Assembly (NCBI RefSeq): GCF_018350175.1 | Contig: NC_058368.1 | Coordinates: 187,862,001 to 187,922,000, forward strand | From: Felis catus | Lineage: Eukaryota | Direction of reading: 5' to 3' | Length of the DNA: 60,000 nt | Shown here: positions 13,846-27,146 of the stretch, in pieces | How the letters are laid out: the number at the start of each line of letters is the position of its first letter | How positions within the stretch are numbered: the first letter of the stretch is position 1 | Notes under the pieces: generated by a model | Told to the model about the DNA's origin: nothing | The model's input: the letters and a program-made list of their open reading frames with translations, nothing else | Database searches by the model: none | Translations under genes and position numbers: made by a program

Positions 13846-14753
13846 CTCTGAAATCAGACTGAGGCCAGTGAGAATATAAGGGAACAGAGTAAAACATTAT
13901 GGTAGAACCAATGATTTTTTGGTTGAAAGATGATTGAAAAATTCATCTTTTGCTGTTTATGGTTACAGCAGACAAGCACCTTCGGTAGAGATCATGCTCA
14001 TAAATATACTCACACTCACCCTCAGGAGTTTCCCTGCTGTTGTTTAGAGTCCGGTTGGATGCTCAGAGACTAATGCAGCTTCCTGGCCCCTCGGACAGGA
14101 TCTGCCACATTAGCCTATCTGCCACCCTTTCCACTGGCTGCCAAATTGTACGCCTTCCCTATCTAGGCAGTAATCGGTCAGATTTTCTTATTTCCACTTG
14201 GAGCAGATCTGGCACCATCACTCAGCTGGGACGTGTCAACATGTCCGTGTTAGGATCTCATCTATTAGACTAACTGCAGGCAAAGAGAAGAGTCCCAAAT
14301 TGCTTGTGCTCAGACAGGAATGTTTATGACCAGAGATCAACGCTTGTCACTGGATCCAGATCTGATAAGTGTTAGTTTCTATGCCTCCAAGCAACACTGT
14401 GTCACAATAACCCAATGGACTCTTACACATAACTTCTCCTTGGAGATACTGTGTGGCAGTCCATTCACCCTGGGGAGGGCCAGGAATGCCATTTGTTTTC
14501 ACTTCCTTAAGACAGCTGGGGATTGGGCCCAGCAGGACACAACTGAATCCCGACTCACTGCATTTCCTCTTATGAGGCAGGAAAACTAAGCCATGCAGCT
14601 GCCTCTTGCTTTCCTTTGAGCAAAAGGCAAATCAAGCACAGAATATGGAAGATAAAATAATTCACAGCCAAATCAAATGCCTACATTAGCTTTTGGGTGA
14701 AAGTGGAGGCTGAAATAAGCCTTCCCAAGAACTGTCAAAGAAGCAGGAGTGAC

Positions 14754-15428
14754 TTTTTTTTTCTTTAAAGTTTACTTATTTAAAGAGACAGAGAGAATGC
14801 AAGTGGGGGAGGGGCAGAACAAGAAGGGGACAGAGGACCTGAAGTGGGCTCTGTGCTAACAGCAGAGAGCTGGATGAGGGGCTCGTACTCACAAACCGTG
14901 AGATCATGACCTGAGCTGAAGTCAGACACTTAACCGACTGGGCCAGCCAGGCGCCCCAGGAGTGACTCTCTTGAGAGGAGCTGGAGAAGCAGCAACCAGG
15001 GAATGAGGCAGAAAGCAGGGCAGTGAAAATCTACAAACTGATACTCTCTGAGGGAATAATGACAGCAAGGGATTGGTTTAGAGACACTCATGTGGCCAGA
15101 GCACACTGCATGTGGAGTCTCTAACGAGCATCAGGCAGAGTGGCATGAAAAGAAATATGAAAAAAAGACCCTGGATTTCCATACCCACATGTATGACTTC
15201 AGAAGGTTTTTTTTTTTTTTTTTTTTTTTTAATGTTTATTCATTTTTGACAGAGAGAGACAGAGCATAAGCAGGGGTGGGGTGGAAAGGGGGACACAGAA
15301 TCCGAAGCAGGCTCCAGGCTCTGAGCTGTCAGCACCAGAGCCTGACGTGGTGCTCAAACTCACAAACCATGAAATCATGACCTGAGCCGAAGTCGGACAC
15401 TCAACCAATTGAGCCACCCAGGCGCCCC
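14754..15428 (-). mobile_element. Two CAN-SINEs (~14754-14957 and ~15207-15428)
   Basis: TSDs caggagtgact and tatgacttcag. Confidence 0.92.
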
Positions 15429-18037
15429 TATGACTTCAGCAGTTTTAAGAGACAGTGACAACGTCAAGGCTTTCTTATGACGTTGGGTGAGGGAGCTGGT
15501 TCTAGGACCCTCTACTATGCAGAGCAGAGAAGCACCTAATGCACGGAAAGAGCCAAAAGAACGTGTCAAATCTTTGCAAAGACAACGGACAGGTTACTTC
15601 CAAGTGACCTTACGTAGCTCTTGATCACGGCATCATACAAGATGGTGTTCCTAATTCAGTTCACAAATGTGCACTCGTTAGGTTGCTAGTGGCCAGGAGT
15701 GAACACCTGAGAAACTTCAGGAATCAGGAGAGCAGAAATATGTTCCAAAAGGGTGTAAGGAGGTGATGGTATGAGTGGAAGAGCTGGGCTGGACGGGAAC
15801 AAGGCCCAGGCGTGTGCCACAGTGGCTGGGCAGGAAGCAGCCGCAGGTGCCTATGAGAGGGAAGCATTACTGGGGTTGTTCTAATGATTTATGTAATTTT
15901 TTTTCTAATAATTTTCTCAATAACAGGCTAGAAAGGGAGAAGCAAGGATGTTCACCCTTTCATTAGTCCAACTAGGATTTTTTCCTTCACGGAGGCAGCT
16001 TTATCGCTCTTTTTTCTAACAAAAAGGAAGTCAACTTACTGAGAAAAGAAAAAGAAAAGAAAAAGTCAGAGATAACTGAGCAAACTTAAATAAAAAAGCT
16101 CATTTTGTTAAATAATGACCTCACTTTGTAAATGCCAATGACAAGTGGTATTGAGCATGCTTTTAAAATCTTTAACTGCCAGTTTTTAGCAGAAGCCAGC
16201 CCAGAGAAACCAGCACTAAAAATTGTGTGGTCCACTGCAGAAGGCTTGCTCAGAATGTCTAGGGGTGAGAGGCCCCCGAGGACCCCCCCAGCAGAGGAAG
16301 CACAGCCATGGCACCTGTAAGGGGGAGGGAAGAAGTCCGGAATGCTCTTGTGGGGCTGTGATTCCACCTCAAGAATGCTCTCTCCCTTTTAGGCTCTCCT
16401 ACAGTGGGGAACACCTAGAGGCAGTATCTTATTCATGATCCTTCTACTGAGTAAGAATGTAAAGGAGTCTAGTTATTCATACTTTTTATGTTTAACAACA
16501 AACTGACATATGATTTACCAAGCAACTTAAACTGCTGAAATCCGATGAGGGGAGAAGTCATTACAGAAGAAACTGAGAATGAATTCAACTTGAATATTTC
16601 AAATGAAGGGGACAATATAAGTAAAACCCAAAGCTACAGAGACAGAAATTTTGGCTCATGAGAATTTAGAGGGACTCAGCCAGCCAGGCAAGGAGAAATG
16701 GAAGTTTTGATTCCATCGGGAGTTGACAATGGCTATAAGATTCTGTCTACATCCATCCCTTCACGGTTTCAAACTGGCTCAAAGAAACAGACCCGGAAAA
16801 CAACAAGGGTCTTTTCCAAGTGCACTGTGGCCACCCCAAATCTCCTCCAGCCTGAATCTGGCTCAGCTAAGTACAGATACTAGCTTTTTTCTAAAACAAA
16901 GAGTCACTGTTAGAATAGGTGAAAAATTCTCTTTTCCCTTTTCTTTGAAGAAAGAGTACCTCTAAAATAATTTTTTTTTTGCTCAAACAAGGTGTCAATT
17001 AGGGAAAACTGTCAAGTAGGTGTAAATTAGGGAAAGAAAGAGCCTTTTTTGGAAAAACTGGGGAATGCTTCAGAAGTGTCCCCAACTCTAAAAACAGTTC
17101 TTAGCAGGAGCGAGAGGTTTTGGATTGTCCAGGTTTAATGGCTTGTTCTCAATCAGTTCTGCTATCAGACTGATCCTTTGGAAAATATGTTCTCATTCTC
17201 TGGATACTGACACCTATGCGGTGGCCATAAATGGCCAAGTCCAATTTATTTTAAGATTTTTTGTTTAGGCCCACCTGATGGCAATATATTAAATTCAATT
17301 CACATAGTAGATTTAGAAAATATTCATAAGGTAAAACACAAAGCAGATCTTGAGCAGGGAAAAACGACACAGGTTATAAGCAGAATGTGCTGGAGAGCTC
17401 TCTGTCTAGGAAACTTGACTCCCTTGAGTCAAACAGGCTGTTCATGAGAAGGCTTCTCTGACCCCAACTATAAAATGCTTCGGCAAATAAGAGAAATAAA
17501 CCATGAATCCATTTGACGTATGCTTCACTCACACTCCTTTGTTCTCCTCACCATTTATTCCTCATTCCTGACTTCTCATGTCTTCTCAAACACTGAAGGG
17601 ACTCTCATGCCATTTTCAAAACAAAAATTCCCTTAGTTCTGACACAGTATCGGCTGGTAGTGACTATACTCTAATGAAATGAAAAACATAAGTCATTTAC
17701 TCCATGAAGAAACTCAACTCTTTTCATGAAATTCATGACCTGAAATAGTTGTTAGTGGGATCCCAGGTTGAATCACATTTTACATTCTTGAAGGCAGGAA
17801 AAACTAAATAGAAGTTTAATTTTTGAAAAGCTGACACCCTCTCTAAACCACTCTAAACCTCCTGGAGTCCAAAACAGCTCAAACTCACTAGGGCCATGGT
17901 TTGGCTCACACAACAAATGAAGGGCCCCAGAGCTATTTCTCACTGTTGTATTCTCCTCCAGCAAGTACCAAATCCTGCTGTCCGCATCCTGCCTCCCAGC
18001 TACCAGGGCCATGGGAAAGTAAGGGGCGCAAACTTAC

Positions 18038-18092
18038 CTAACATCTCTGCCTTTAGCTTTTCATTACGTTCTTCAATCTGCTTAGGTAATCT
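18038..18092 (-). CDS. TTC1: TTC1 exon 7
   Basis: Acceptor cctcag, donor gtaagt; 55 nt; RLPKQIEERNEKLKAEML(G); phases fit neighbouring exons. Confidence 0.97.
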
Positions 18093-18546
18093 CTGAGGGG
18101 AAAAGAGGAGAAACAAGAAGAGCTGGTGAAAAATCTTCTGGCTTTGTTTTGAAATTGGGCAACACACACTTAATGTGAAAGTCAGAGCAGGTGATGTACA
18201 TATATATGATCCTGTTAAATACAGAAAAAAAACCCACAAATATTTGTGGGTGAGCTACACAAAGGAGTTTTGTCTGGTTCACTGCTATACTCCCAGTTCT
18301 TGGCCCAGTGGCCTGGGAAGAATCTCAATAAAAATTTGGTGAATATACACATAAAAAAATTTCTGAAAGAATACATACCAGCTGTTTACAGTGGTAATAT
18401 TTAGGTGGTAAGATTATAGTTTATTTATTAAAAAAATTTTTTTTGGCTCATTTATATTTTTTAACTTGAAGTCCTTTATTAATATAATCTAATTTGCTAA
18501 GAAGGGGTCAGATCAATATTGGATATTCCTAAATGATCACCTAGCT

Positions 18547-18757
18547 CAGGGTTTTTCAATCTTGGCAACATGATATCCTGGACTACATAATTCTTTGTTG
18601 TGGGGGTTGTCTTGTGCATCTTGTGCAGGATGTTTAGAGCATCCCTGGCCACTAGATGCCAAGAGTACCATGCTGGTCATGACAACCAAAGTGTCTTCAG
18701 ACATTGCCACATGTCCCTGGCAACCCATCCCAAATCATGCCAGCTGAAAATCACTGA
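18547..18757 (+). mobile_element. MER20-like hAT DNA transposon
   Basis: cagggtttttcaatcttggca...ataattctttgttgtggggg...atgacaaccaaagtgtcttcagacattgcc...gaaaatcactg. Confidence 0.8.
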
Positions 18758-20387
18758 TCTAGATCAGAGTCTCAGATGGCTGCTTTTAGCTCTATGATCG
18801 GCCCTAAGTACTCTGCGATAACCCAGTTATAATAATTCAAAATAAAATAAATTCTTTATGCGTATGACAACTAATATAAAAGGCTTCCTTTTACAAACGG
18901 TTTAAACCTAATTTGCCAAGGATAAAGGCTACCAAGAATTTAGCCAAGATTTTAAGAACTCTATTCCTTTTCTCCATGTCAAATTAAGTCAATACTACCA
19001 CCAGAGATGTCAAAAGTCACATAAAGCACTAAAACTGGTGTCAAATTTACTTATGTATTTAATGATCCGAATCAGTCTTTTTCTCATTGCTCCATTTTTA
19101 GATAAATAAAAAATTTGTTATTACTGAAGGAATTCATCTCGAGGGTGCAAAAACACAAAGCAAAACAAAACCCAAACCACCTAGGACATTAATGCAGGGA
19201 GACCGGTCAACATCTCTCAGGTCTGCTTGGTGGAATAATGATCTCGTGAAATGAGTGGGAAGTCCTACATGGCGGGGCCCTGCCCAAATGCTCTCAGCAT
19301 CCAGACAGGAAATGTAACCTAGGAAATCAATCAGTGTAAGGCAATAGAGAGCAGCATAGTCAGCAAGGAACTGAAGAGTTCCAGCCGAATGCCAAGACAC
19401 AGGAATTCAAGAAAGATCCAGTATGTCCACACCTCCCAATTTTTAAGAGGGGTCTGACTTAGATTTTCATCTAAACCTTTCCATTTTAAAATGCTGCCTT
19501 CGATGAAAAAAACGTCCCCACCGTCTCATCTCCTGGAGGCCTGTAACCTGTGCTGTGTGCTGGTGCACACGACAGACCTCTCTGTCCTCATGGCCAGCTG
19601 GGAAGTTTGGCAGCGAAGAAGACTGTTTAATGAAGTCAGTGTTTCTCAAACGTATCTGAACATCTGTTATCTGGGAGGGCGATAATACAGACACATCCAA
19701 CTCTGCAGCACGCGTGTTAGAGGGTGTACTGCTCTGCACACTAGAGACCAAGAGCAGTGCTAAAGGTAAAGGCACAGATCCAAGGTTATTTTTAAGGGGA
19801 GAACTCCAGTAATATGTAGCTAATTGACAACTGACCTAAAAATACTGTGATGTTTATTAGAAGCAAAAGGATCTACGGTGCCATGGACAAGAATAAGAGT
19901 CATTTTAAGAAAGATAAGGAGGCTAATTTGGAATATATTTAATTGGAAACATGCTGGCCATATAATAACTAGAAACTCGGTGACTGAAAAAGATGGACAG
20001 AAAACCAGAGTTTATGATCTATAACACTAAGATTCATTTTGGACTAAACTGTACAACTACAATGGACAAGATCTGCCTAGTCCAACAATCAAACTGAGTT
20101 CTTATTAACCCTACAGATGAACAGAATGGGGATTAAATGGCATATGGTCACAAAGTTAGATCTCCCATATATTTTGTTCCAGGTGCTAGTCCATTATTCG
20201 TGATCACTTTGACTCCTTAGACCGTATTTGTGATTGGTGAATAAAATGACAAAAGTGTGAAAAAAAATATTATAATATAAATATATAAAAAACAGAACGT
20301 AGTTGGGTCCCAAAGGATTATTTAAGATTCAGTGAGTAGCAATACACGGAACAGAAAAAAAAACACTTAAAAAAATTAGGTTTACCA

Positions 20388-20590
20388 GGATACCTGGGTG
20401 GCTCAGTCACTTAAGCGTCTGACTCCTGACTTTGGCTCAGGTCATGATCTCATGGTTCGTGAGTTTGAACCCCGCACTGGGCTCTGCGCTGACAGCACAG
20501 AGCCTGCCTGGGATTCCCTCTCTCTCCCTCCCTCTCTGTCCCTCCCCCACTTGCTATCTCTCTCTCAAAATAAATAAAATAAATAAAATA
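20388..20590 (+). mobile_element. CAN-SINE abutting the exon 6 donor
   Basis: Full-length; TSD aattaggtttacca (20374-20387) / aattggtttacca (20591-20603). Confidence 0.93.
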
Positions 20591-20601
20591 AATTGGTTTA
20601 C

Positions 20602-20750
20602 CATGCAAGCTTCTCTTGCTTGATGTATTGATGGATCTTTTTCTAATATGGATTTATAGTCCTCCAGGGCTTCATCTAGCTTATCAGTCTTCTCATACAA
20701 CTCCGCTCTCCTCAATATTGCCCTGATATAGCTGGGGTTTAACTGAATAG
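20602..20750 (-). CDS. TTC1: TTC1 exon 6 (third TPR)
   Basis: Acceptor tttacag, donor gtaaac; 149 nt; (A)IQLNPSYIRAILRRAELYEKTDKLDEALEDYKSILEKDPSIHQAREACM. Confidence 0.98.
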
Positions 20751-20825
20751 CTGTAAAAAGAGAAGAAATCATTGTTACCATGAGGAAAAAGGGCCTGCAC
20801 ATCCTCAGCTATATCATGTTTCTTT

Positions 20826-21056
20826 TTTTTTTTTTTTTTTAATTTTTTTTTCAACGTTTTTTATTTATTTTTGGGACAGAGAGAGACAGAGCATGAACGA
20901 GGGAGGGGCAGAAAGAGAGGGAGACACAGAATCGGAAACAGGCTCCAGGCTCCAAGCCATCAGCCCAGAGCCTGACGCGGGGCTCAAACTCACGGACCGC
21001 AAGATCGTGACCTGGCTGAAGTCGGACGCTTAACCGACTGCGCCACCCAGGCGCCC
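20826..21056 (-). mobile_element. Young feline SINE (SINEC_Fc-type)
   Basis: ggcgcagtc...cttcagccaggtcacgatc head, CpG-rich; perfect TSD ctatatcatgtttcttt (20809-20825, 21057-21073). Confidence 0.95.
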
Positions 21057-21126
21057 CTATATCATGTTTCTTTATTAACCATCCTCCGAAGGTCTAAAGG
21101 GAAGAATCACTTGTCAAAGGCTACAC

Positions 21127-21467
21127 CTGGCACAGGCAAACTTTTTCTTATAAAGGGCAAGACAGTAAATATCTCGGGCTCTACGGGACAGACCATCTCT
21201 TTTGCAACTACTCAACTCTGTGACTGTAGCACAAAAGAAACGACAATGTATAAATATATTTATTATAAATAAAAAGATGGCTGTGTTCCCATAAACCTTT
21301 GTTTATGGACATTGAAATTTGCATTTCATAATTTTCATATATCACAAAATATTTCCCTTCTGATTTCTAACCACTTAAGAATGTAAAAGCCATTCTTAGC
21401 TCATGGGCTGTACACACGCAGGTGGCAGGCTGGATTTGGCTTGATGGTTATAGTTTAGTAAACCCTG
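21127..21467 (+). mobile_element. MER58B-like hAT DNA transposon
   Basis: ggcaaacttttt..taaagggc..agtaaatat...gcaactactcaactctg...ggctggatttggc...aaccctg. Confidence 0.75.
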
Positions 21468-21754
21468 GTCTGTACCCAAAGTCCTGTTTTCACACACTTG
21501 TCCTTCATCTAGTTCACAACAGGCCAGAACACAGAGCCCATGTGCACAGTGCCAAAGTGAACAAGAATCTGAAGGTACAAATGAAAGAGTTGAAGGAACA
21601 GTTTGGTGGCAGATTCTGCTATGATCCTTTTTTCTAGGCTTCAATGACTGAGGTTACGCCTTAACTACTGAGGCTACATGTTTAGCTAAACCCCCATTGT
21701 TCCTTCAAACTTGTGTTCCAACACCTTTAGGTCACTGGTGCATAACACCCTTCC

Positions 21755-21984
21755 TTTTTTTTTTTTTTTTTAATTTTTTTAAATGTTTGTTTATTTTTGA
21801 GAGAGACAGAGACAGAATGTGAGTGGGTTAGGGGCAGAGAGAGAGGGAGACACAGAATCCGAAGCAGGCTCCAGGCTCCGAGCTGTCAGCACAGAGTTCA
21901 ACATGGGGCTCCAACTCACAAGCTGTGAGATCATGACCTGAGCTGAAGTCGGACGCTCAACCAACTGTGCCACCCAGGTGCCCC
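21755..21984 (-). mobile_element. CAN-SINE
   Basis: TSD cataacaccct(t)tccttt. Confidence 0.93.
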
Positions 21985-23449
21985 ATAACACCCTTTCCTT
22001 TATCCAACAACAATTGCCCTTTGAAAAATCCTCTGCCCATGTTTTGGATCAACTATATACTGTCTTTCTCCTATTCGTTTGTTTCTTTTTCTGTTAGAAA
22101 GCAATGTCATGGCTCTAGAACTTTTTTCTCTTCAAGTAATATACTCAACTTTTACTCATTCATGCTTTTAGTAACTATTTCTTTAGTACCAAATATATGT
22201 ACTTGATGTAGTATTATCTCTAGAGTATAGTGGTAAACAAGCAGACAAGATCCTTCACATGAAGCTTTAAGCTATTCTAGTAGATAAGTGAAGGGAGGAA
22301 AATAAGGTAACTTCAGAGAGTGCTCAAAGACTATGAAAAGGGAATATCTGAGGGAAGCCAGCCATTTGAAAGGTGGAGTGGTTACAGAAAAAGGAGATCT
22401 GAACATCAACAAACTGTTCCTAATTTAAATTCTTCTAACCCACACATCTCACACAAATTAAGGTTAAATAACTTCCTCCAAACAAAACAGTATATTCAGA
22501 ATTAGTTCTAGCCCAACACAGTAATAGATCGTAAGTACTTTGCTAGATTCAAAGTAGTAACACTTTCCTTCAGTATATTAAGAAGGAAATACTAAGTATA
22601 CAGAAATACTAAGCATAAAGAAAAGAAAGCCAGTAAAGAAGGTGATTAATTAATGTGAAGAAAAAAAAGAGAGGAGTTCATGCTGAGCATGAGTGGGACT
22701 AGATAACATACAAGCTTCCTTCTAACTCTTCAATTCTCTGAAAGAAAATACTATCCAAATATGGAAAACTGAAAAAATTTCCCAAATTATTAATTACCTA
22801 GAAATTCATGAGAGTAGTAGGACGCAAGGAAAAGTGATCATGTGTATTCTCCAAACCAACTGTCTGGACTATTAGGAAATTTTTGAAACAAAAACAAAAA
22901 CCAACCAACCAACCAACCAACCAACCAACCAACCAACCAACAACCCAATAGTGATCCTATGGCTGGGAGTGTGTCTATATGTTGGTGAGATGAAAAGACC
23001 ATAATGGAACCCAGGTAGCAGACAGTAAAGTCTCGGTTCACTGTATAGAATCTGAAAATGTAATTAAAATGATGGCAAGTAGGTTTGGAGGAATTATTAC
23101 AAGTGAAAAGAGTACCAGTTCCCCAATAGAAGCTGCCCCTCACTGTGCTGCTTCTCTCTCCACAAACACACAGATCCAGATGCCCTAGCAGCAGTTAAAA
23201 TCTCCAATTTCAATCTCCTCAGAAAGTAATTCAGACACTACAGAAGTGAATCCTGTTCCATGGGTTTCTGTTGCCAAGGTAGCTTTGAATTTTTCTTCAC
23301 ATATTTACTAACACAGGATAAACTGACAGAACTATCTATTCAAAAGCATGTATACTAAGGTGACTGTTATACAGTACCTCCAAGAAGGCTGAACTATAAA
23401 GCTTCTTCTTTTAAAGGTTCCAGAATAAGGGTACACACATGTACAAGTA

Positions 23450-23706
23450 CAGTTGACCTTTGAACAACGTGGGGGTCAGGGGTGCTGACCTGTTTACCAG
23501 AAGCCTTACCAGTAACAGATGATTAACACATACTATGTATATATGTTATATACTGTATTCTCATAGCAATGGAAAGCTAAACAGAAAAAAAAATTAAGAT
23601 ATCATAAGAGAAAATACATATAGAGCACTTTAATGTATTTATTGAAAAAACTCCACGTATAAGTAGACCCATGCAGTTCAAACCTGTGTTGTTCAAGGGT
23701 CAACTA
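23450..23706. mobile_element. TcMar-Tigger MITE (Tigger2a/MER28-like)
   Basis: Terminal inverted repeats cagttgacctttgaacaac / gttgttcaagggtcaact, preceded by TA. Confidence 0.8.
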
Positions 23707-23789
23707 CACATATCTGACTGATTCTATTTGTTTGGCTGAGGTAATTAATGCTCTCATATGTTAACATACAACAAGACTAAAAAGTTTAC

Positions 23790-23826
23790 CTTTGTTGCAG
23801 TCACTGATGGCCATCTCTTTCTTGTC
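23790..23826 (-). CDS. TTC1: TTC1 exon 5
   Basis: Acceptor ttttag, donor gtaaac; 37 nt; DKKEMAISDCNK(A); not in the ORF track. Confidence 0.96.
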
Positions 23827-25239
23827 CTAAAAGGAAACAAAACATTAATATGTGTCACTCTAGTTCTATCTTAATAGTTCCAAGAGTCAATAACATACAC
23901 TGATCATTAATAACTGCTTGTGGAGATGCACAATACTCTTCAAAGACATCACATGAAAACATGCATGATATTTCCAAGCTAAAATTCAAACTAATGGTGA
24001 CAGCTCTGATGTAAAAGCCTTCTAGCAACAAATTATTCATAGTTTCTTCCTAACACCTTTAAAGATTGTTGCATTTGACCTATTATATTTGCAAGGCACT
24101 TCACATTAGAATGCTGATATTGAGAAAAGGTTGTGATCAATGAGCAGGGCAAATGATTGATATATGAATAACTATTAATAACCCTCCTCTTTGGCTAGCT
24201 GTTGTATTCTCACACCCAAAGTGGTATCTTCCAGAAAGTATGCATTATGGACACACACTGTGGCTTATCGTTAGTCTCGGTTATAAATCTTAATTTATCC
24301 ACTGATGAAATAAAAATACAAAATAATTCATGAAATAAGATATCTAATTAAACTTGCTGAATCTAGAAGAATGGCATAGTGGAAAGAACACTGGATGTCA
24401 AAAGAACTAGACTGGAAATCCAGCTCTGACACTAACCTATTTAACTCTTCAAGCAATGTCTATTTTCCCCAAATCAGAAGTTTTCTACAATATTTCAGAA
24501 ATTTTAATTCAAATAAATGTTCAATACTTCCTATAATGGCTATTGGAGAAAACACTAAATATTTTACACAATATTTCAGAGCAATGTCTATCAAACTGGG
24601 TTTCAGAATTCAATCAAAAACAATTCCAGGAGTGGGGAGTGACTGCCTAATCGGTACAGGATTTCCTTTTGGGGTCACAAAAAAGGTCTGGAACCAGACA
24701 GTGGTGATGGTTACGTAATATTGTGTATATATTTAATCAAACTGAATTGTACAGTTTAAAATGGTTAAAATGGTCAGTTTTATGTTATTTTGCATTTTAC
24801 CCACAACAAACAAAAAAGGTTTCAGAGTCATCTGGGAGTCACTAACTATATTATCTCTCTTCCAATGTTCATCGTAACAATTTACATATTAAAAGCTCTA
24901 TGAAGTCCCGTAGTAAAGATATCTGTATACTTTTGTGTAAGTCAGTATATCCCTAACTCACCATATTTGCATAAATCTAAAACACACAATTTCATATTAA
25001 ATTCTTTTTTTTAATCTTAAATGTTTATTTATTTTATTTATTTATTTATTTTTTTTTCTTGTTCTTATAAGCAGTGTTACCTTTGATATTTTTGCCACTC
25101 ACTGGATTTTCTCCCTAGGATAAATTCCTAGAAGTAGGATTAAAAGGGTATAGACATTTTTAGAGCTTTGGATATAAGTTGTGAGTGATTCACAGTTAAG
25201 TTCTCTAATCATCTAGGTTAAGGTCCATGCTCTGCTTTC

Positions 25240-25693
25240 TTTTTATTTTTTTATTTTTTTTTTAACGTTTATTTATTTTTGAGACAGAGAGAGACAGAGC
25301 ATGAATGGGGGAGGGTTAGAGAGAGAGAGAGGGAGACACAGAATCCGAAACAGGCTCCACGCTCCGAGCCATCAGCACAGAGCCCAACGCAGGGCTCGAA
25401 CTCACAGACTGTGAGATCATGACCTGAATTGAAGTCGGAAGCTCAATCGACTGAGCCACCCAGGCGCTCCTTAAAAAAATTTTTTTTTAATGTTTTTATT
25501 TTTTTTTGAGACAAAGGGAGACAGAACATGAGCAGGGGAGGGGCAGAGAGAGAGGGAGACACAGAATCTGAAGCAGGCTCCAGGCTCTGAGCTGTCAGCA
25601 CAGAGCCCGACGCGGGGCTCGAACTCACAGACTGTGAGATCATGACCTGAGCTGAAGTCGGACGCTTAACCAACTGAGCCATCCAGGCGCCCC
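25240..25693 (-). mobile_element. Head-to-tail CAN-SINE pair
   Basis: Two consecutive full-length SINEs with a junction at ~25471. Confidence 0.93.
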
Positions 25694-25948
25694 TACAATT
25701 TCATATTTTAAAGTTTCTAAAATAGGAGTAAATCTTTACAACTTATGTGTATATTGGTGTTGGTGGTATTCTTTGTGCCCCTAAAAAACCGCTAAGTGGC
25801 AATGCATCTTATCAATAACCAGCCCCTGCAGATCAAGGAATTATGGCATTTTACTCTGGAATCCTTTGAGGCTTATAGTCTACTAACACCTCAGGGCACC
25901 CAGGTATTGTCTGCTGCTAAGAGTGGCAGTCCAAGGTGCTGTGTATTA

Positions 25949-26160
25949 GGGGCGCCTGGGTAGCTTAGTCAGTTAAGCATCTGACTTCAGATCACGATCT
26001 CACGGTTTGTGGGTTCAGGCCCCACATGGGGCTCTGTGCTGACAGCTCAGAGCCTGGAGCCTATTTCAGATTCTGTGTCTCCATCTCTTTGCCCCTCCTC
26101 CAATCACAATTTGTCTCTGTCTCTCTCAAAAATAAAATAAACATTAAAAAAAAATTTTTG
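25949..26160 (+). mobile_element. CAN-SINE
   Basis: Head, CT tract and A tail. Confidence 0.9.
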
Positions 26161-27018
26161 TTTTAAGTGCCATGCAATCCACATTGTATATAAGGACAGT
26201 TTTAAAAATTTAGGGCTTTGTCTGCTCTTGTGTAGCCAGGCCTAGAGCTGAAACTCTGCCCTAAATCCAGTTGGCCTTTACTCACCAGATGTGAAATGTA
26301 AAGCCTGGTCAGTGTTGTTCAGTCAGGGATGCTGAGCCTACCTTTCAGAAATCCTAAAAGCAGTTAACCCACCACTTCTTGAAAAACTCAGAATATGCTC
26401 CTTATATCACTTCCAGTGCATTAATCCTGGAAGTTTTCATGTTTCTAATTTTAGAATCGTAAAATATTAAGAGTACAACTTAAAAGAATAAACAACTGTG
26501 CTAACAAAGCTATCCCTTGTACAGGAAACAGTCACAGAACAACTCTCTTTTGAGTTCTTCTCAGATGTGACAGACAAAAGACTAGCAAGACTATACCTTT
26601 TCCTAATTCCAAGAACCTGGTCAATGATACTAGTTCAACCTAGGCAGTATTAGTAACTTGGCAACTGTGGAAACAAAGAATTCCAAATCTCAGGAGCCAA
26701 ATGGGTATGATGCCTTTTCTCTGAAATTCAAGATAACCCTGATGTCATTTCACAATGACAATTTCCAGTCTGAGAATGTGGCAAGATGTCTCCAGGAAGC
26801 AAAAGCAAAAGATTTTTCCAGCTAAGTGTAAAAACTGTTAGGTGTGAATTCAGGTCAATGGTAGAAATACATGAATGAATATTGTTCTAAGTAAACTAAA
26901 TTATTTTATTTCTTCGAACAAAAAATGTCTGCGTACTCTAGAATTCTTTCTTTTCCCATGCCACATGAATCACTCTAAAAACACTTCACCTTGGAAATTG
27001 AATCCACTAATCAAACAT

Positions 27019-27146
27019 ACAGGTTTAAACATACCAAAAACCCCCCACCTTTTTTCATGTCTAATTATTGAAATAATCCCCACAGGTTTAAACATACCAA
27101 AAACCCCCCACCTTTTTTCATGTCTAATTATTGAAATAATCCCCAC
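27019..27146. repeat. Perfect 63-bp tandem duplication (2 copies)
   Basis: 27019-27081 is identical to 27082-27144, with ac microhomology. Confidence 0.95.

Noticed and set aside
16080..20300. Repeat-poor intronic stretches with TAAT/CCATAAA homeodomain-like words, suggesting enhancers
   Set aside because: Such short motifs are common in AT-rich DNA; conservation or chromatin data would be needed.
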